From assembly GCA_041640655.1 (NCBI GenBank), contig JBEPZV010000010.1, positions 1-64,000 of the forward strand: a stretch of DNA of 64,000 nucleotides, read 5' to 3'. Both the position numbers and the translations under genes were made by a program. The notes below the pieces were generated by a model, which saw only the letters and a list, made by a program, of their open reading frames with translations, was not told the origin of the DNA and did no database searches. Below, in pieces: positions 21,164 to 30,030 of this stretch; the first letter of the stretch is position 1, and every line of letters begins with the position of its first letter. Source of the stretch: a bacterium. Its GTDB lineage: Bacteria > Acidobacteriota > Blastocatellia > HR10.

Positions 21164-22204
21164 TCACAGAAGCATGGAGAGAAGGGCCTTCTGAACGTGG
21201 AGGCGATTCTCGGCCTGTTGGATCACAAGGGAGCGCTCGCTGTCGAGAACGGCGTCGGTCACAACCACGTTCCGCCGCACGGGGAGGCAATGCATGAAAT
21301 AGCCATGGGCGGTCAAGCGCATCAGTGCCTCGTCCACGATCCACTCGCGATACTGCTCGCGCACTTTTCGTTCCTCCTCCCATCGCCCGTAGTGGTGGCG
21401 ACTGCCCCAGCTCTTGGCGTAGATGACCTCCGCGCCGCGGCATGCCTCGCGCCGGTCGTGAAGGACGCGCACGGAGGCGCCGTTGCGGCGGGCGTGCTCG
21501 CGAATTCGCTCCATGAGCTCAGGATCCAGCTCGTATTCGGGAGGGCACGCGATCGTCAGGTCCATCCCGAATTGCGCGGCGATCAAGGCGAACGAGTTCG
21601 GGACGGCCATCGGGAGGGGCTTCGGATGATACGCCCAGCAGAGGACCACGCGGCGCTGATCCACGAGCCCGAAGGTCTCTCGAATCGTCATCACATCGGC
21701 CATCGCTTGCAGCGGGTGGAACATCGCCGATTCCATATTGATGATCGGCACGGTGCTGTAGCGGGCGAAGCTACGGAGGACGGGATCGTGCCGCTCCTCC
21801 TCGAAGGAGCGCAGAGCGGGGAAGCTGCGCACGCCGATGGCCGCCACATATCGTGAGAGGACGCGCGCCGCCTCCTTGATGTGTTCGCTCCTGTCGCCAT
21901 CCATGATGACGCCCTCGCGGTACTCGAGCGCCCAAGTCCCCTTCCCGATGTCGAGCACGACGGCCTGCCCGCCCAATTGCTGGATGGCGATCTCCATCGA
22001 GACGCGCGTGCGGAGCGAGGGATCGAAGAAGAGGAGGGCGACGGATCGGCCCTTCAGGGGGCGTCCGTGCCCGAGCGTCTTGTACTGGATCGCCAGATCG
22101 AGCACCTCGGAGAGCTCTTCTCGCGTGAAGTCCTCGGTAGTGAGGAAGCTCCGCCCTTTGAGCGTCGCGCGCGGCGTGGGTGCGTGTTTCGTCGAGATGG
22201 CCAT
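21164..22204 (-). CDS. argF': N-acyl-ornithine carbamoyltransferase (ArgF'; acetyl- or succinylornithine type)
   Basis: SLRTR, WAYHPKPLP, HCLPVRRN, YAKSW motifs of the AOTCase/SOTCase family rather than canonical OTCase. Confidence 0.88.
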   Translation of the reverse strand: MAISTKHAPTPRATLKGRSFLTTEDFTREELSEVLDLAIQYKTLGHGRPLKGRSVALLFFDPSLRTRVSMEIAIQQLGGQAVVLDIGKGTWALEYREGVIMDGDRSEHIKEAARVLSRYVAAIGVRSFPALRSFEEERHDPVLRSFARYSTVPIINMESAMFHPLQAMADVMTIRETFGLVDQRRVVLCWAYHPKPLPMAVPNSFALIAAQFGMDLTIACPPEYELDPELMERIREHARRNGASVRVLHDRREACRGAEVIYAKSWGSRHHYGRWEEERKVREQYREWIVDEALMRLTAHGYFMHCLPVRRNVVVTDAVLDSERSLVIQQAENRLHVQKALLSMLL

Positions 22205-22215
22205 AGGTTGACTCC

Positions 22216-23265
22216 TCAGGGATGGCTTCCCGGCCATGTCAAGCCCGTCGTCTCCGCCCAGCCGAACATCACGTTCATATTCTGCACGGCCTGGCCGGCT
22301 GCGCCTTTGACCAGATTGTCAATGGCCGTGAAGACGATCGCTCTCGTCCCTTGCACAGCCCATCCGATGTCGCAGAAGTTCGTGTGTTTCACCCACGTGA
22401 TGTCCGGGGAGACGTTCGGTCCCAACAGGCGGATAAAGAAATCCTCCGCATAGAATCGGCGAAAGAGGTCGCCGATCTCCTCGGCCGTCATCGGCTCTGC
22501 GAGCGTGAGATAGAGCGAAGCGAAGATCCCGCGCACGACCGGCGCCGAGTGCACTTGCAGAAGGAGGCGTTCGGACCACCCGTCTGCTGAGAGGCGCGCG
22601 AGGGTCTCGGCGATCTCCGGCAGGTGCTGATGGATGAACGGCTTGTAGGCGAAGAAGCTGTTGGCCCGCCGCGGATGGTGCGTCGTCTCCAGGGGCTTGG
22701 CCCCAGCGCCCGAGGATCCGGTCTTCGCATCGGCGATCACCGGGCCGACCAAAAGCCGCGCAGCCGTCAATGGCGCGAGCCCAAGAAGAACGGCCGTTGC
22801 GAAGCATCCCGGATTGGCCACGCGTGACGCCCGGGCGATCTCCGCGCGGTACAGCTCCGTCAGTCCGTACACAAATTGATCCAGCTGCTCCGGCGCGCGG
22901 TGTGGCTTCCCGTAGTATGTCTGGAAGGCCTCGCGATCCTTCAGCCGAAAATCGCCGGCCAGATCAATCACCTTCACACTGTCGGGGATGTGCGGGACCA
23001 GCTCCATGCTCCGCCCATGCGGCAGGGCGAGGAATATGCACTCAACCTCCTCGGCGAGCCGCCCGATGGATTCTGGCGTCGGCATGGGGAGCAACGGCAG
23101 CTCCGTCAGCCGACGGAGGTTGGGATGGACGTCGGCGACCGATCGCCCCGCGTGTTCGTGAGCCGTCACCCAGGCGATCTCCACATGAGGATGGAAGAGG
23201 AGCAGTCGGAGCAGTTCACCGCCTCCGTAGCCGGATCCGCCGAGGATACCCACCCGAATCGTCAT
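22216..23265 (-). CDS. argC: N-acetyl-gamma-glutamyl-phosphate reductase
   Basis: GGSGYGG, LALPHG, DLAGDFRL, ANPGCFAT, GSSGAG, DNLVKGAAGQAVQNMN. Confidence 0.95.
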   Translation of the reverse strand: MTIRVGILGGSGYGGGELLRLLLFHPHVEIAWVTAHEHAGRSVADVHPNLRRLTELPLLPMPTPESIGRLAEEVECIFLALPHGRSMELVPHIPDSVKVIDLAGDFRLKDREAFQTYYGKPHRAPEQLDQFVYGLTELYRAEIARASRVANPGCFATAVLLGLAPLTAARLLVGPVIADAKTGSSGAGAKPLETTHHPRRANSFFAYKPFIHQHLPEIAETLARLSADGWSERLLLQVHSAPVVRGIFASLYLTLAEPMTAEEIGDLFRRFYAEDFFIRLLGPNVSPDITWVKHTNFCDIGWAVQGTRAIVFTAIDNLVKGAAGQAVQNMNVMFGWAETTGLTWPGSHP

Positions 23266-24401
23266 CGCCCCTCCATGAGGTCGAACGCTCGTCCGGCACG
23301 AGACGTCGCGTCCCGAGCCGCGAGGACTCTCCTCTCCACAAGCCGATAGAGTTTCTCGCCGTTCCTCAGGGCATTGGCCGCCGGAATCCCCCATTCGCGC
23401 TCGATGAACTCGCGCCCCATGGCGCTATCGGTGACGGCGCCGGAGATGACGGTGATCGGCACGCCCTGGGCTTCGAGGAGCCGTATCCCTCCCCATGCGC
23501 CGACGAAATCGCTCGCGCAGAAGACCGTCGCCGCCGTGAACCGCATCAGCTCTAGGTCCGCGAAGAGCACATGCACGTTATATCCGCCGATGATCCCGTC
23601 GCCCAGCTCCAGGACGATCACGTCCGGCTCGACCATGTTCAGCTCAGCGATGAGCGCCTTGGCGATCGCCGGGAGATGAGGAACGGAGACGGTCGAGGGA
23701 TACCCGCAGTCGAGGAACGAGAGCGTTCGTACCGCTCCGTGATCCTCCATGTTCAGCGTATCCCGAAGGCAGGCGATGCCGGTGAGCTTGGCCGCGGCGA
23801 CGCGGTATCCGGCGTGCGTGAAGTGCTTGATGAGCTGCGTGGCCGCGAACGTCTTCCCAGAATTCATGCACGTCCCCGCCACGAGGACCAAGGGGCACGA
23901 GCGCTCCAGATGCTCGCGAGGCGGGAGGGCGTTCTTCGCGATGTTCAAGATGGCGGGCGAGCGCACGCCCTCTCCATCGGCGACCATGCCGAGCAGCTCG
24001 ACCTCGATGGCGTCGCCGAGCTCGTTGTAATGATCCAGGCAGCGCCCGATCACTCCCCCCAGATTCAGAATATGCAGTCGGTCTCCCGGGGCGAGCGTCG
24101 GGGGGACGTCGCCCACGAAACCTTTGAGCGCGCGCCGCTGGCCGAGGACGCCGACGATCACGTCATGGCGATTGATCTTGCACAACCGCCCGGTGGGGAG
24201 CTCCAGATGATTATAGGCGGCGTTCTCCGTGAGGACCCGCACGACAACCACATTGCCGATGCGCGCCTCGCATCGCGTCGTCACCGGGACCACGTGCGGG
24301 AGTCTCAGATTCACCGTCGCCGATCCGATTTTATCCACCCGCATGAGTCGAATCGCCGATGCCTCCGAACCTTCGGGAGAGTGTCCGCAGGCTGTCTCCA
24401 T
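23262..24401 (-). CDS. Uncharacterised P-loop protein (DUF1611-like) inside the arg operon
   Basis: P-loop-like AGTCMNSGKT, AAKLTG, ELGDGI motifs; stop overlaps the argC start (ATGA). Confidence 0.75.
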   Translation of the reverse strand: METACGHSPEGSEASAIRLMRVDKIGSATVNLRLPHVVPVTTRCEARIGNVVVVRVLTENAAYNHLELPTGRLCKINRHDVIVGVLGQRRALKGFVGDVPPTLAPGDRLHILNLGGVIGRCLDHYNELGDAIEVELLGMVADGEGVRSPAILNIAKNALPPREHLERSCPLVLVAGTCMNSGKTFAATQLIKHFTHAGYRVAAAKLTGIACLRDTLNMEDHGAVRTLSFLDCGYPSTVSVPHLPAIAKALIAELNMVEPDVIVLELGDGIIGGYNVHVLFADLELMRFTAATVFCASDFVGAWGGIRLLEAQGVPITVISGAVTDSAMGREFIEREWGIPAANALRNGEKLYRLVERRVLAARDATSRAGRAFDLMEGR

Positions 24402-24435
24402 CGTGCGCTCTCTCTCGTTCACGCGTTCAGTCCTC

Positions 24436-25662
24436 CTATCGCGAGATGATGGCTTCGGCCGCCTCGCGCATCCCATGGAGCCGAAGTCGCAGGGCGTTCA
24501 ATCGGATGAAGCCCGCCGCATCCCGCTGGTCATAGACCTCATCAGCTTCGAACGTAGCGTACTCCGGCCGATACAGCGAGCACGGCGATTTGCGTCCGAG
24601 GACGATGACGTTCCCCTTGTACACCCGCAGGCGGACCGTCCCCGTCACATTCTTCTGCGTGTGATCAATGAACGCTTTCAGCGCTTGAAATTCCGGCGAG
24701 TACCAGAACCCGTAGTAGATCAGCTCGGCGATCTTCGGCAGGAGCGCATCGCGGAGCCGGCCGAGTTCGCGATCGAGCGTGATGGACTCCAGCGCGCGAT
24801 GCGCGACGTGCAGGATCGTGCCCCCGGGCGTCTCATACACCCCTCGCGACTTCATGCCGACGAAGCGGTTCTCCACCATGTCCACGCGCCCGATGCCGTT
24901 CTCTCCGCCAATGGCGTTGAGCGTCTCCAGAAGCGCCACGGGATTCAAGTATTCTCCGTTGATGGCGACGGGCACGCCCTCCTCGAAGGTGATCTCGATC
25001 GTCGTCGGCCGATCGGGCGCTCGTTCTGGGGAGACCGTCAGCAGGAACATGTCCTCCGGCGGCTCGCGCCAGGGGTCCTCCAGAATCCCCCCCTCGTAAC
25101 TGACGTGCAGGAGATTGCGGTCAATCGAATACGGCTTCTCCCGGCTCGCGCTCACGGGAATGCCATGTCGCGCCGCATATTCGATCAGGTCGGTGCGCGA
25201 TCGGAACTCCCACTCGCGCCAGGGGGCGATCACTCGGATGTCCGGGTCGAGGGCATAGTAGGTCAGCTCGAACCGCACCTGATCGTTCCCTTTCCCCGTC
25301 GCCCCATGCGCGACAGCATCCGCTCCCTCCTGCCGTGCGATCTCGATCTGCCGCTTCGCGATGAGCGGCCGCGCTAGGCTCGTCCCCAGCAGATAGAAGC
25401 CCTCATAGACGGCATTGGCCTTGAGGGCCGTGAAGACGAAGTCGCGCACGAACTCCTCGCGCAGGTCCTCGATATAACATCGGCTCGCGCCCGTGGCGAG
25501 GGCCTTCTCCTCGAGGCCTTTCAGTTCATCCCCCTGGCCGATGTCGGCCGTGAAGGTGATGACCTCGCATCCGTAGCGGTCCTTGATCCACTTGAGCATC
25601 ACCGACGTGTCGAGCCCTCCCGAATAGGCGAGCACGACCTTTCGAATCGTCGCGTTCGTCAT
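24436..25662 (-). CDS. argG: Argininosuccinate synthase
   Basis: [42 protein letters not shown]. Confidence 0.97.
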   Translation of the reverse strand: MTNATIRKVVLAYSGGLDTSVMLKWIKDRYGCEVITFTADIGQGDELKGLEEKALATGASRCYIEDLREEFVRDFVFTALKANAVYEGFYLLGTSLARPLIAKRQIEIARQEGADAVAHGATGKGNDQVRFELTYYALDPDIRVIAPWREWEFRSRTDLIEYAARHGIPVSASREKPYSIDRNLLHVSYEGGILEDPWREPPEDMFLLTVSPERAPDRPTTIEITFEEGVPVAINGEYLNPVALLETLNAIGGENGIGRVDMVENRFVGMKSRGVYETPGGTILHVAHRALESITLDRELGRLRDALLPKIAELIYYGFWYSPEFQALKAFIDHTQKNVTGTVRLRVYKGNVIVLGRKSPCSLYRPEYATFEADEVYDQRDAAGFIRLNALRLRLHGMREAAEAIISR

Positions 25663-25704
25663 ATGCCCCATCCTCCCATGTTCTCAATGACCGAGAGCGG
25701 CACC

Positions 25705-26145
25705 TCATGCGCTCCGGGACGGTCGCAAGGTGAAGAGCTGACTGATGCGCGCGATCGCTTTGCGTTGCGCTTCGCGATCCCTCACGGCGATGAAGACCGT
25801 GTCATCGCCGGCGACCGTCCCCACGATCTCCGGGAAGTTCGCATGGTCAATCTTCAGAGCGACAGGGGAAGCCTGTCCCGGTTCGGTCTTCACCACGATG
25901 AGGTGATCTCCGGCCGTATCGAGATCGAGGATCTCCAGAACGCCGGCGATCGGATGCACAAGACGCGGCAGCGTGTAGTAGCCGTTGATCTTGACCGCCC
26001 CGAGCCGCGCCAGATCGCGCGAGATCGAGGATTGCGTGGCGCGAATCCCCCGCCGACGCAACTCCTCGACCAGCTCGGCTTGCGTCCGAAACCGTCTGGT
26101 CCGAATCAGCTCGAGCACCTTCTGTTGGCGCGTTCGCTTTCGCAT
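25705..26145 (-). CDS. argR: Arginine repressor
   Basis: TQAELV, TQSSISRDL, GTVAGDDT. Confidence 0.95.
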   Translation of the reverse strand: MRKRTRQQKVLELIRTRRFRTQAELVEELRRRGIRATQSSISRDLARLGAVKINGYYTLPRLVHPIAGVLEILDLDTAGDHLIVVKTEPGQASPVALKIDHANFPEIVGTVAGDDTVFIAVRDREAQRKAIARISQLFTLRPSRSA

Positions 26146-26193
26146 AATATGCAAAATTTCTGCATTCTTCGAAAATAGCCGCATACTTATAGA
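26141..26193. promoter_or_regulatory. Putative ARG boxes (ArgR operators)
   Basis: AT-rich imperfect palindromes CGCATACTTATAGA (26180-26193, overlapping the -10), ATGCAAAATTTCTGCAT and CGCATAATATGCA resemble TGCAT-wwww-ATGCA. Confidence 0.55.
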
Positions 26194-26214
26194 CGATCTC
26201 CCCTCGCTTGTCAA
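26186..26214 (-). promoter_or_regulatory. Sigma70 promoter of the argR-argG...argB operon (TTGACA-17-TATAAG)
   Basis: -35 at 26214-26209, -10 at 26191-26186, 17-nt spacer. Confidence 0.7.
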
Positions 26215-26355
26215 TCCTCTCGTCGGGCGCTGAGGAGTCTTCGACCCGGGTGAGCAGGACCCTGACCACGGCAAGATGACGGGGTGGTCTCGAGCGGGCT
26301 TGCCAGGGGTGGGGATTCCTGGTACGCTGAAGCATTCTCGATGTGGAGGAGAAGC

Positions 26356-28104
26356 ATGGGGAGAAAACGACAGGACCTCGCTGTCACGCTCATCGAGCTT
26401 CCGGCGACGGTGGATGGGACGCTTGATGGGAAGTTAGCAAAGGACGTTTATTCGCTCCTCGATTATCCGGCCCGAGGCATCCCCTTGCTCACGGCGATCT
26501 TGAAGAAGGCCGGATATACGGACACGGTGGCCATCAATCCCAAGTACAATCGTCGGACCCGAGGGCATTTGGATCGCGGGGATTGGGCGCGGTTGCTCTC
26601 GTCGGATGTCGTCGGCATCTCGGCCATCACGCGGACGGCGCCGCAATCGCTGGAGTTAGCGCGGCGGTTGAAGGAGGCGAATCCGCGCATCCGGGTCGTC
26701 TTCGGGGGGCCGCATCCCACGGCCTTGCCCGAAGAGGCGCTGCAGGTCGCGGACGTCGTCGTCCGGCATGAGGGGGATCACACGTTCCCGGAGCTGCTCG
26801 ACCGATTCCGGGAAGATCTCGAGCGCCCTTTTCTGGACGATGTCTTGGGCATTGCGTATCGAACGTCTGAGGGAGAGATCCGGCTGACGCCGAATCGGCC
26901 CTTTCTGACCTCGGAGCAGCTCTCGGCTCTTCCGTTCCCCGAGTATACGGAGGGCGAGCGGCGCGGCGTCACGCATCTGGTGGTGAACACCTCGCGCGGA
27001 TGTCCGTTCGAGTGCGAATATTGTTCGGTGATTGATAATTTCGGGCGTCAGTTCCGATTCCTGGATGATGACACGACGATCGCGCTGATCCAGTACACGC
27101 TCGGCGTGAAGCGATGTCCGATCTTCTTCGGCGATGACATCTTCAATGCGAATCGGGCGCGGGTGAAGCGCATCCTGGAGCGCCTCTTGCGCGAGGGGAT
27201 TCGGATCCCGCGGTGGTTCGCTCAGGTACGGGTGGAGGCGGCCAACGATCCGGAGCTGCTGCGCCTGATGGCGCGAACCGGATGCGCCTGCGTCTTCATC
27301 GGGCTCGAATCGGTCAACGATGAGACGTTGCGGCTCTATCACAAGCATTCGACCCTGGAGAAGAATCGAGCGGCGATCGAGGCCTTCCATCGTGTGGGGA
27401 TCCGCGTGCATGGGATGTTCGTGCTCGGCTCGGACGCCGACACGGTCGAGACGATCGAACAGACGTTGCGCTTCGCGAAAACGATGAATCTGGATACGGC
27501 GCAGTTCTTCGCGTTGACGCCGGTCCCGGGGCCGCCGCTCACGGCCCGCTATGCGCGGGAGGGAAAGATCATCGCTCCCGGACAATGGCATCTCTATGAT
27601 GCGCAGCATGCCGTCATCTGGCCGGCGAAGATGACGCCCTATGAGCTGCAGATGGGGACGATCCGCGCATCGCTCGATTTCTATTCCTATCGCGAGGCGT
27701 GGCGGCATTGGCGAGAGGGACGCGGCCTGTTCAACACCATGATCCGGATCAAGGGACGGAGATTGGCTCGGCAGATCATTCGGGACAGTGCCCCGTATCT
27801 GGCGGCGCTCCGGCAGCTGGACGCGTGGTGGAAGCAACTCGAACGAGAGCGCGCGGTGTGGGGCGAGCGGGTGAGGCATCTGGCCGAGGACCATGGGGTG
27901 CGACTGGAGGAGAAGCGCGCGCGCATGCGAGACCTCGTGGACGACATCTGCGCACAGATCCGCGCCAGTGCCGAATCCCTCGCTGCGGAGTTTCGCCCGT
28001 ATATTCAGCGGCTCACCGATCGGCTCTCGGAGGCGCTCCAGCGAGAATTTGAGGAGCTTGTGGGGATCGAAAGCGCGTCCTCACCGACTGTGGCGATCGG
28101 ATGA
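26356..28104 (+). CDS. B12-binding-domain radical SAM protein with C-terminal helical/coiled-coil extension
   Basis: GGPHPT, SRGCPFECEYC (CxxxCxxC), DDIF, IGLES, LTPVPG motifs. Confidence 0.88.
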   Translation: MGRKRQDLAVTLIELPATVDGTLDGKLAKDVYSLLDYPARGIPLLTAILKKAGYTDTVAINPKYNRRTRGHLDRGDWARLLSSDVVGISAITRTAPQSLELARRLKEANPRIRVVFGGPHPTALPEEALQVADVVVRHEGDHTFPELLDRFREDLERPFLDDVLGIAYRTSEGEIRLTPNRPFLTSEQLSALPFPEYTEGERRGVTHLVVNTSRGCPFECEYCSVIDNFGRQFRFLDDDTTIALIQYTLGVKRCPIFFGDDIFNANRARVKRILERLLREGIRIPRWFAQVRVEAANDPELLRLMARTGCACVFIGLESVNDETLRLYHKHSTLEKNRAAIEAFHRVGIRVHGMFVLGSDADTVETIEQTLRFAKTMNLDTAQFFALTPVPGPPLTARYAREGKIIAPGQWHLYDAQHAVIWPAKMTPYELQMGTIRASLDFYSYREAWRHWREGRGLFNTMIRIKGRRLARQIIRDSAPYLAALRQLDAWWKQLERERAVWGERVRHLAEDHGVRLEEKRARMRDLVDDICAQIRASAESLAAEFRPYIQRLTDRLSEALQREFEELVGIESASSPTVAIG

Positions 28105-28115
28105 CCCCGTTGGAA

Positions 28116-29000
28116 TCAGGGGAGGAACTGCCGGATGTGCGGATCGCGCGCGTTCCAGAAGAGCTCGTCCGCTCCGTCAAAGATCACGTGTCCCTCGGCG
28201 AGCATGAGGATTTTCGTGTTGATCAGGCAGAACTGATCGCCTTCGCGGCGGAAGAGGAGTCGGCCATCAGTCGTCCGCTCGTAGAAGTGGGAAGCCAGGT
28301 ATCGGACCTCGTCCATATTCTGCGTGATCCACATCGAGGTGACCCCGTGAAGATCGCGCAGGCGCATGGCGAGTCGGCTGATGCGCCGACCGATCACTGG
28401 GTCTAAACCCGAGAGGGGAGAGTCGTAGAGGATGATCTCCGGATCGCCCACGAGCGCGCGGGCGATGGCCGTGCGCCGACTCATTCCTCCGGAGAGCTCG
28501 CTGGGCATCATCCCGTAGGCGTGTTCCAAACCCACCAGGCGGAGCGTCCGTCGCACGTCGTCTTCCACGTCTTCGAGCGCGTATCCTTGTTCGAGGAGGC
28601 GATAGGCGACGTTCTCTGCTACCGTCAATGAGGTGAAGAGGGCGTCTTCCTGAAAGACGACGCCGATCCGTTGCCGGAGCTGCAAGATCTCCTCTTCGGT
28701 CATAGCGGTGATCTCTTGACCGTTCAGGAAGATCTGTCCTTCATCGGGGCGCAGCAGCCCGATGGTCAGGCGGAGGATCGTGGATTTCCCGGAGCCTGTT
28801 GGCCCCAGAATGATGCGCATCTCGCCCTTGTAGACTTTGAAGCTGATGCGGTCGAGGATGCGTCGCGGCGGATCATCGAAGGAGATGGAGACTTCTCGGA
28901 ATTCGATGACGGGACGATCCGCGAGAGGGGATGGGGGGCCTGCCGAGCCGGTGTCCTCCGTAGCGATGTCGTGGCGACCGAGAAAGAGCGACCGCATCAT
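28116..29000 (-). CDS. MlaF/Mkl-like ABC ATP-binding protein with degenerate catalytic motifs
   Basis: GPTGSGKST and LSGGM present; Walker B/D-loop ILYDSPLSGLDP; H-loop position reads ITQ. Confidence 0.85.
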   Translation of the reverse strand: MMRSLFLGRHDIATEDTGSAGPPSPLADRPVIEFREVSISFDDPPRRILDRISFKVYKGEMRIILGPTGSGKSTILRLTIGLLRPDEGQIFLNGQEITAMTEEEILQLRQRIGVVFQEDALFTSLTVAENVAYRLLEQGYALEDVEDDVRRTLRLVGLEHAYGMMPSELSGGMSRRTAIARALVGDPEIILYDSPLSGLDPVIGRRISRLAMRLRDLHGVTSMWITQNMDEVRYLASHFYERTTDGRLLFRREGDQFCLINTKILMLAEGHVIFDGADELFWNARDPHIRQFLP

Positions 29001-29857
29001 TCGCGCATGAGCTCCTCGAACACCTCTTGCTCCTCGATCTCCTCCAGGGCGCCGATGAATTCCCGAACGTAGGGATCCTCCGAGCGGCGAAGCTGCTCCT
29101 CGGTCCCGCTGAAGTAGATGCGATGGTGGCGCAGGATGAGGAAGCGCGTGTTGATGAGCGAGAACGCGTCGTCCTCCCGATGAAGGACGAGGATCTCTCC
29201 GGCAGCGTTGCGGGTATAGAGGACCGAGGAGAGAAAGCGCACATCATCCATGCGATGGGTGACGAAGATGGAGCTGACGCCTTGCAGATCGCGATACTTG
29301 GCGGCCAGCTCGCAGAGCGTGCGGGCTGTCGGGGGATCGAGTCCGGCCGTGGGTTCGTCGAAGAGCAGGATCTCGGGACCGCCGACCATCGCGCGCGCGA
29401 TGGCGACGGCGCGGCGCATGCCCCCGGAGAGTTCGCCGGGGAGGGCGTGGACGTCCCCCTTGAAGTCAATGAACGCGAGCTGTCGCATGACCTCTTCCTC
29501 GATCCGATCTTCCGGCCATCCTTCTTCGCGGAGCCGATAGGCGACGTTCTCATAGACGCTCAGGCTATCGAACAGGGCGCCGGATTGGAAGACGATCCCG
29601 ATCTTCCGACGCACCTTCAGCAGCTCCTGCTCGGTCATGGCGGTGATCTCCTGACCCTGGATGAGGATCTCCCCCTCATCGGGGCGAATGAGCCCGAGCG
29701 TGAGGCGCAGGATCGTTGATTTTCCGCTCCCGGAGCCCCCGAGGATGACGGTCATCTCACCCGGCCCCACCGAGAACGAGATGTCCTCGAGCACGAAATG
29801 CTCGCCGTCGTAGGAGTGCCAGACGTTTCGGAACTCGATGACCGACTGCATCGCCAT
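28997..29857 (-). CDS. MlaF/Mkl-like ABC ATP-binding protein
   Basis: GGSGSGKST, FQSGALFDSL, LSGGM, LLFDEPTAGLDP, VTH. Confidence 0.88.
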   Translation of the reverse strand: MAMQSVIEFRNVWHSYDGEHFVLEDISFSVGPGEMTVILGGSGSGKSTILRLTLGLIRPDEGEILIQGQEITAMTEQELLKVRRKIGIVFQSGALFDSLSVYENVAYRLREEGWPEDRIEEEVMRQLAFIDFKGDVHALPGELSGGMRRAVAIARAMVGGPEILLFDEPTAGLDPPTARTLCELAAKYRDLQGVSSIFVTHRMDDVRFLSSVLYTRNAAGEILVLHREDDAFSLINTRFLILRHHRIYFSGTEEQLRRSEDPYVREFIGALEEIEEQEVFEELMRE

Positions 29858-29942
29858 CCGCACCCAGCGCGATCGTCGCCGGTGACTCTTGTTTATATCA
29901 CACGATCGGCCCATCGGGCCATAGGGAGGGCGGGTTCGGCGA

Positions 29943-29971
29943 TTGACACAGGGGGTGCAGCCGAGTATAAA
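29943..29971 (+). promoter_or_regulatory. Near-consensus sigma70 promoter (TTGACA-17-TATAAA)
   Basis: -35 at 29943-29948, -10 at 29966-29971; about 60 nt upstream of GTG 30031. Confidence 0.7.
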
Positions 29972-30030
29972 TCGGCGCGAGCGATCGCGGTGTTGGATTC
30001 GCGACAAGGTGCGGGGGTGAGGGAGCCGAC

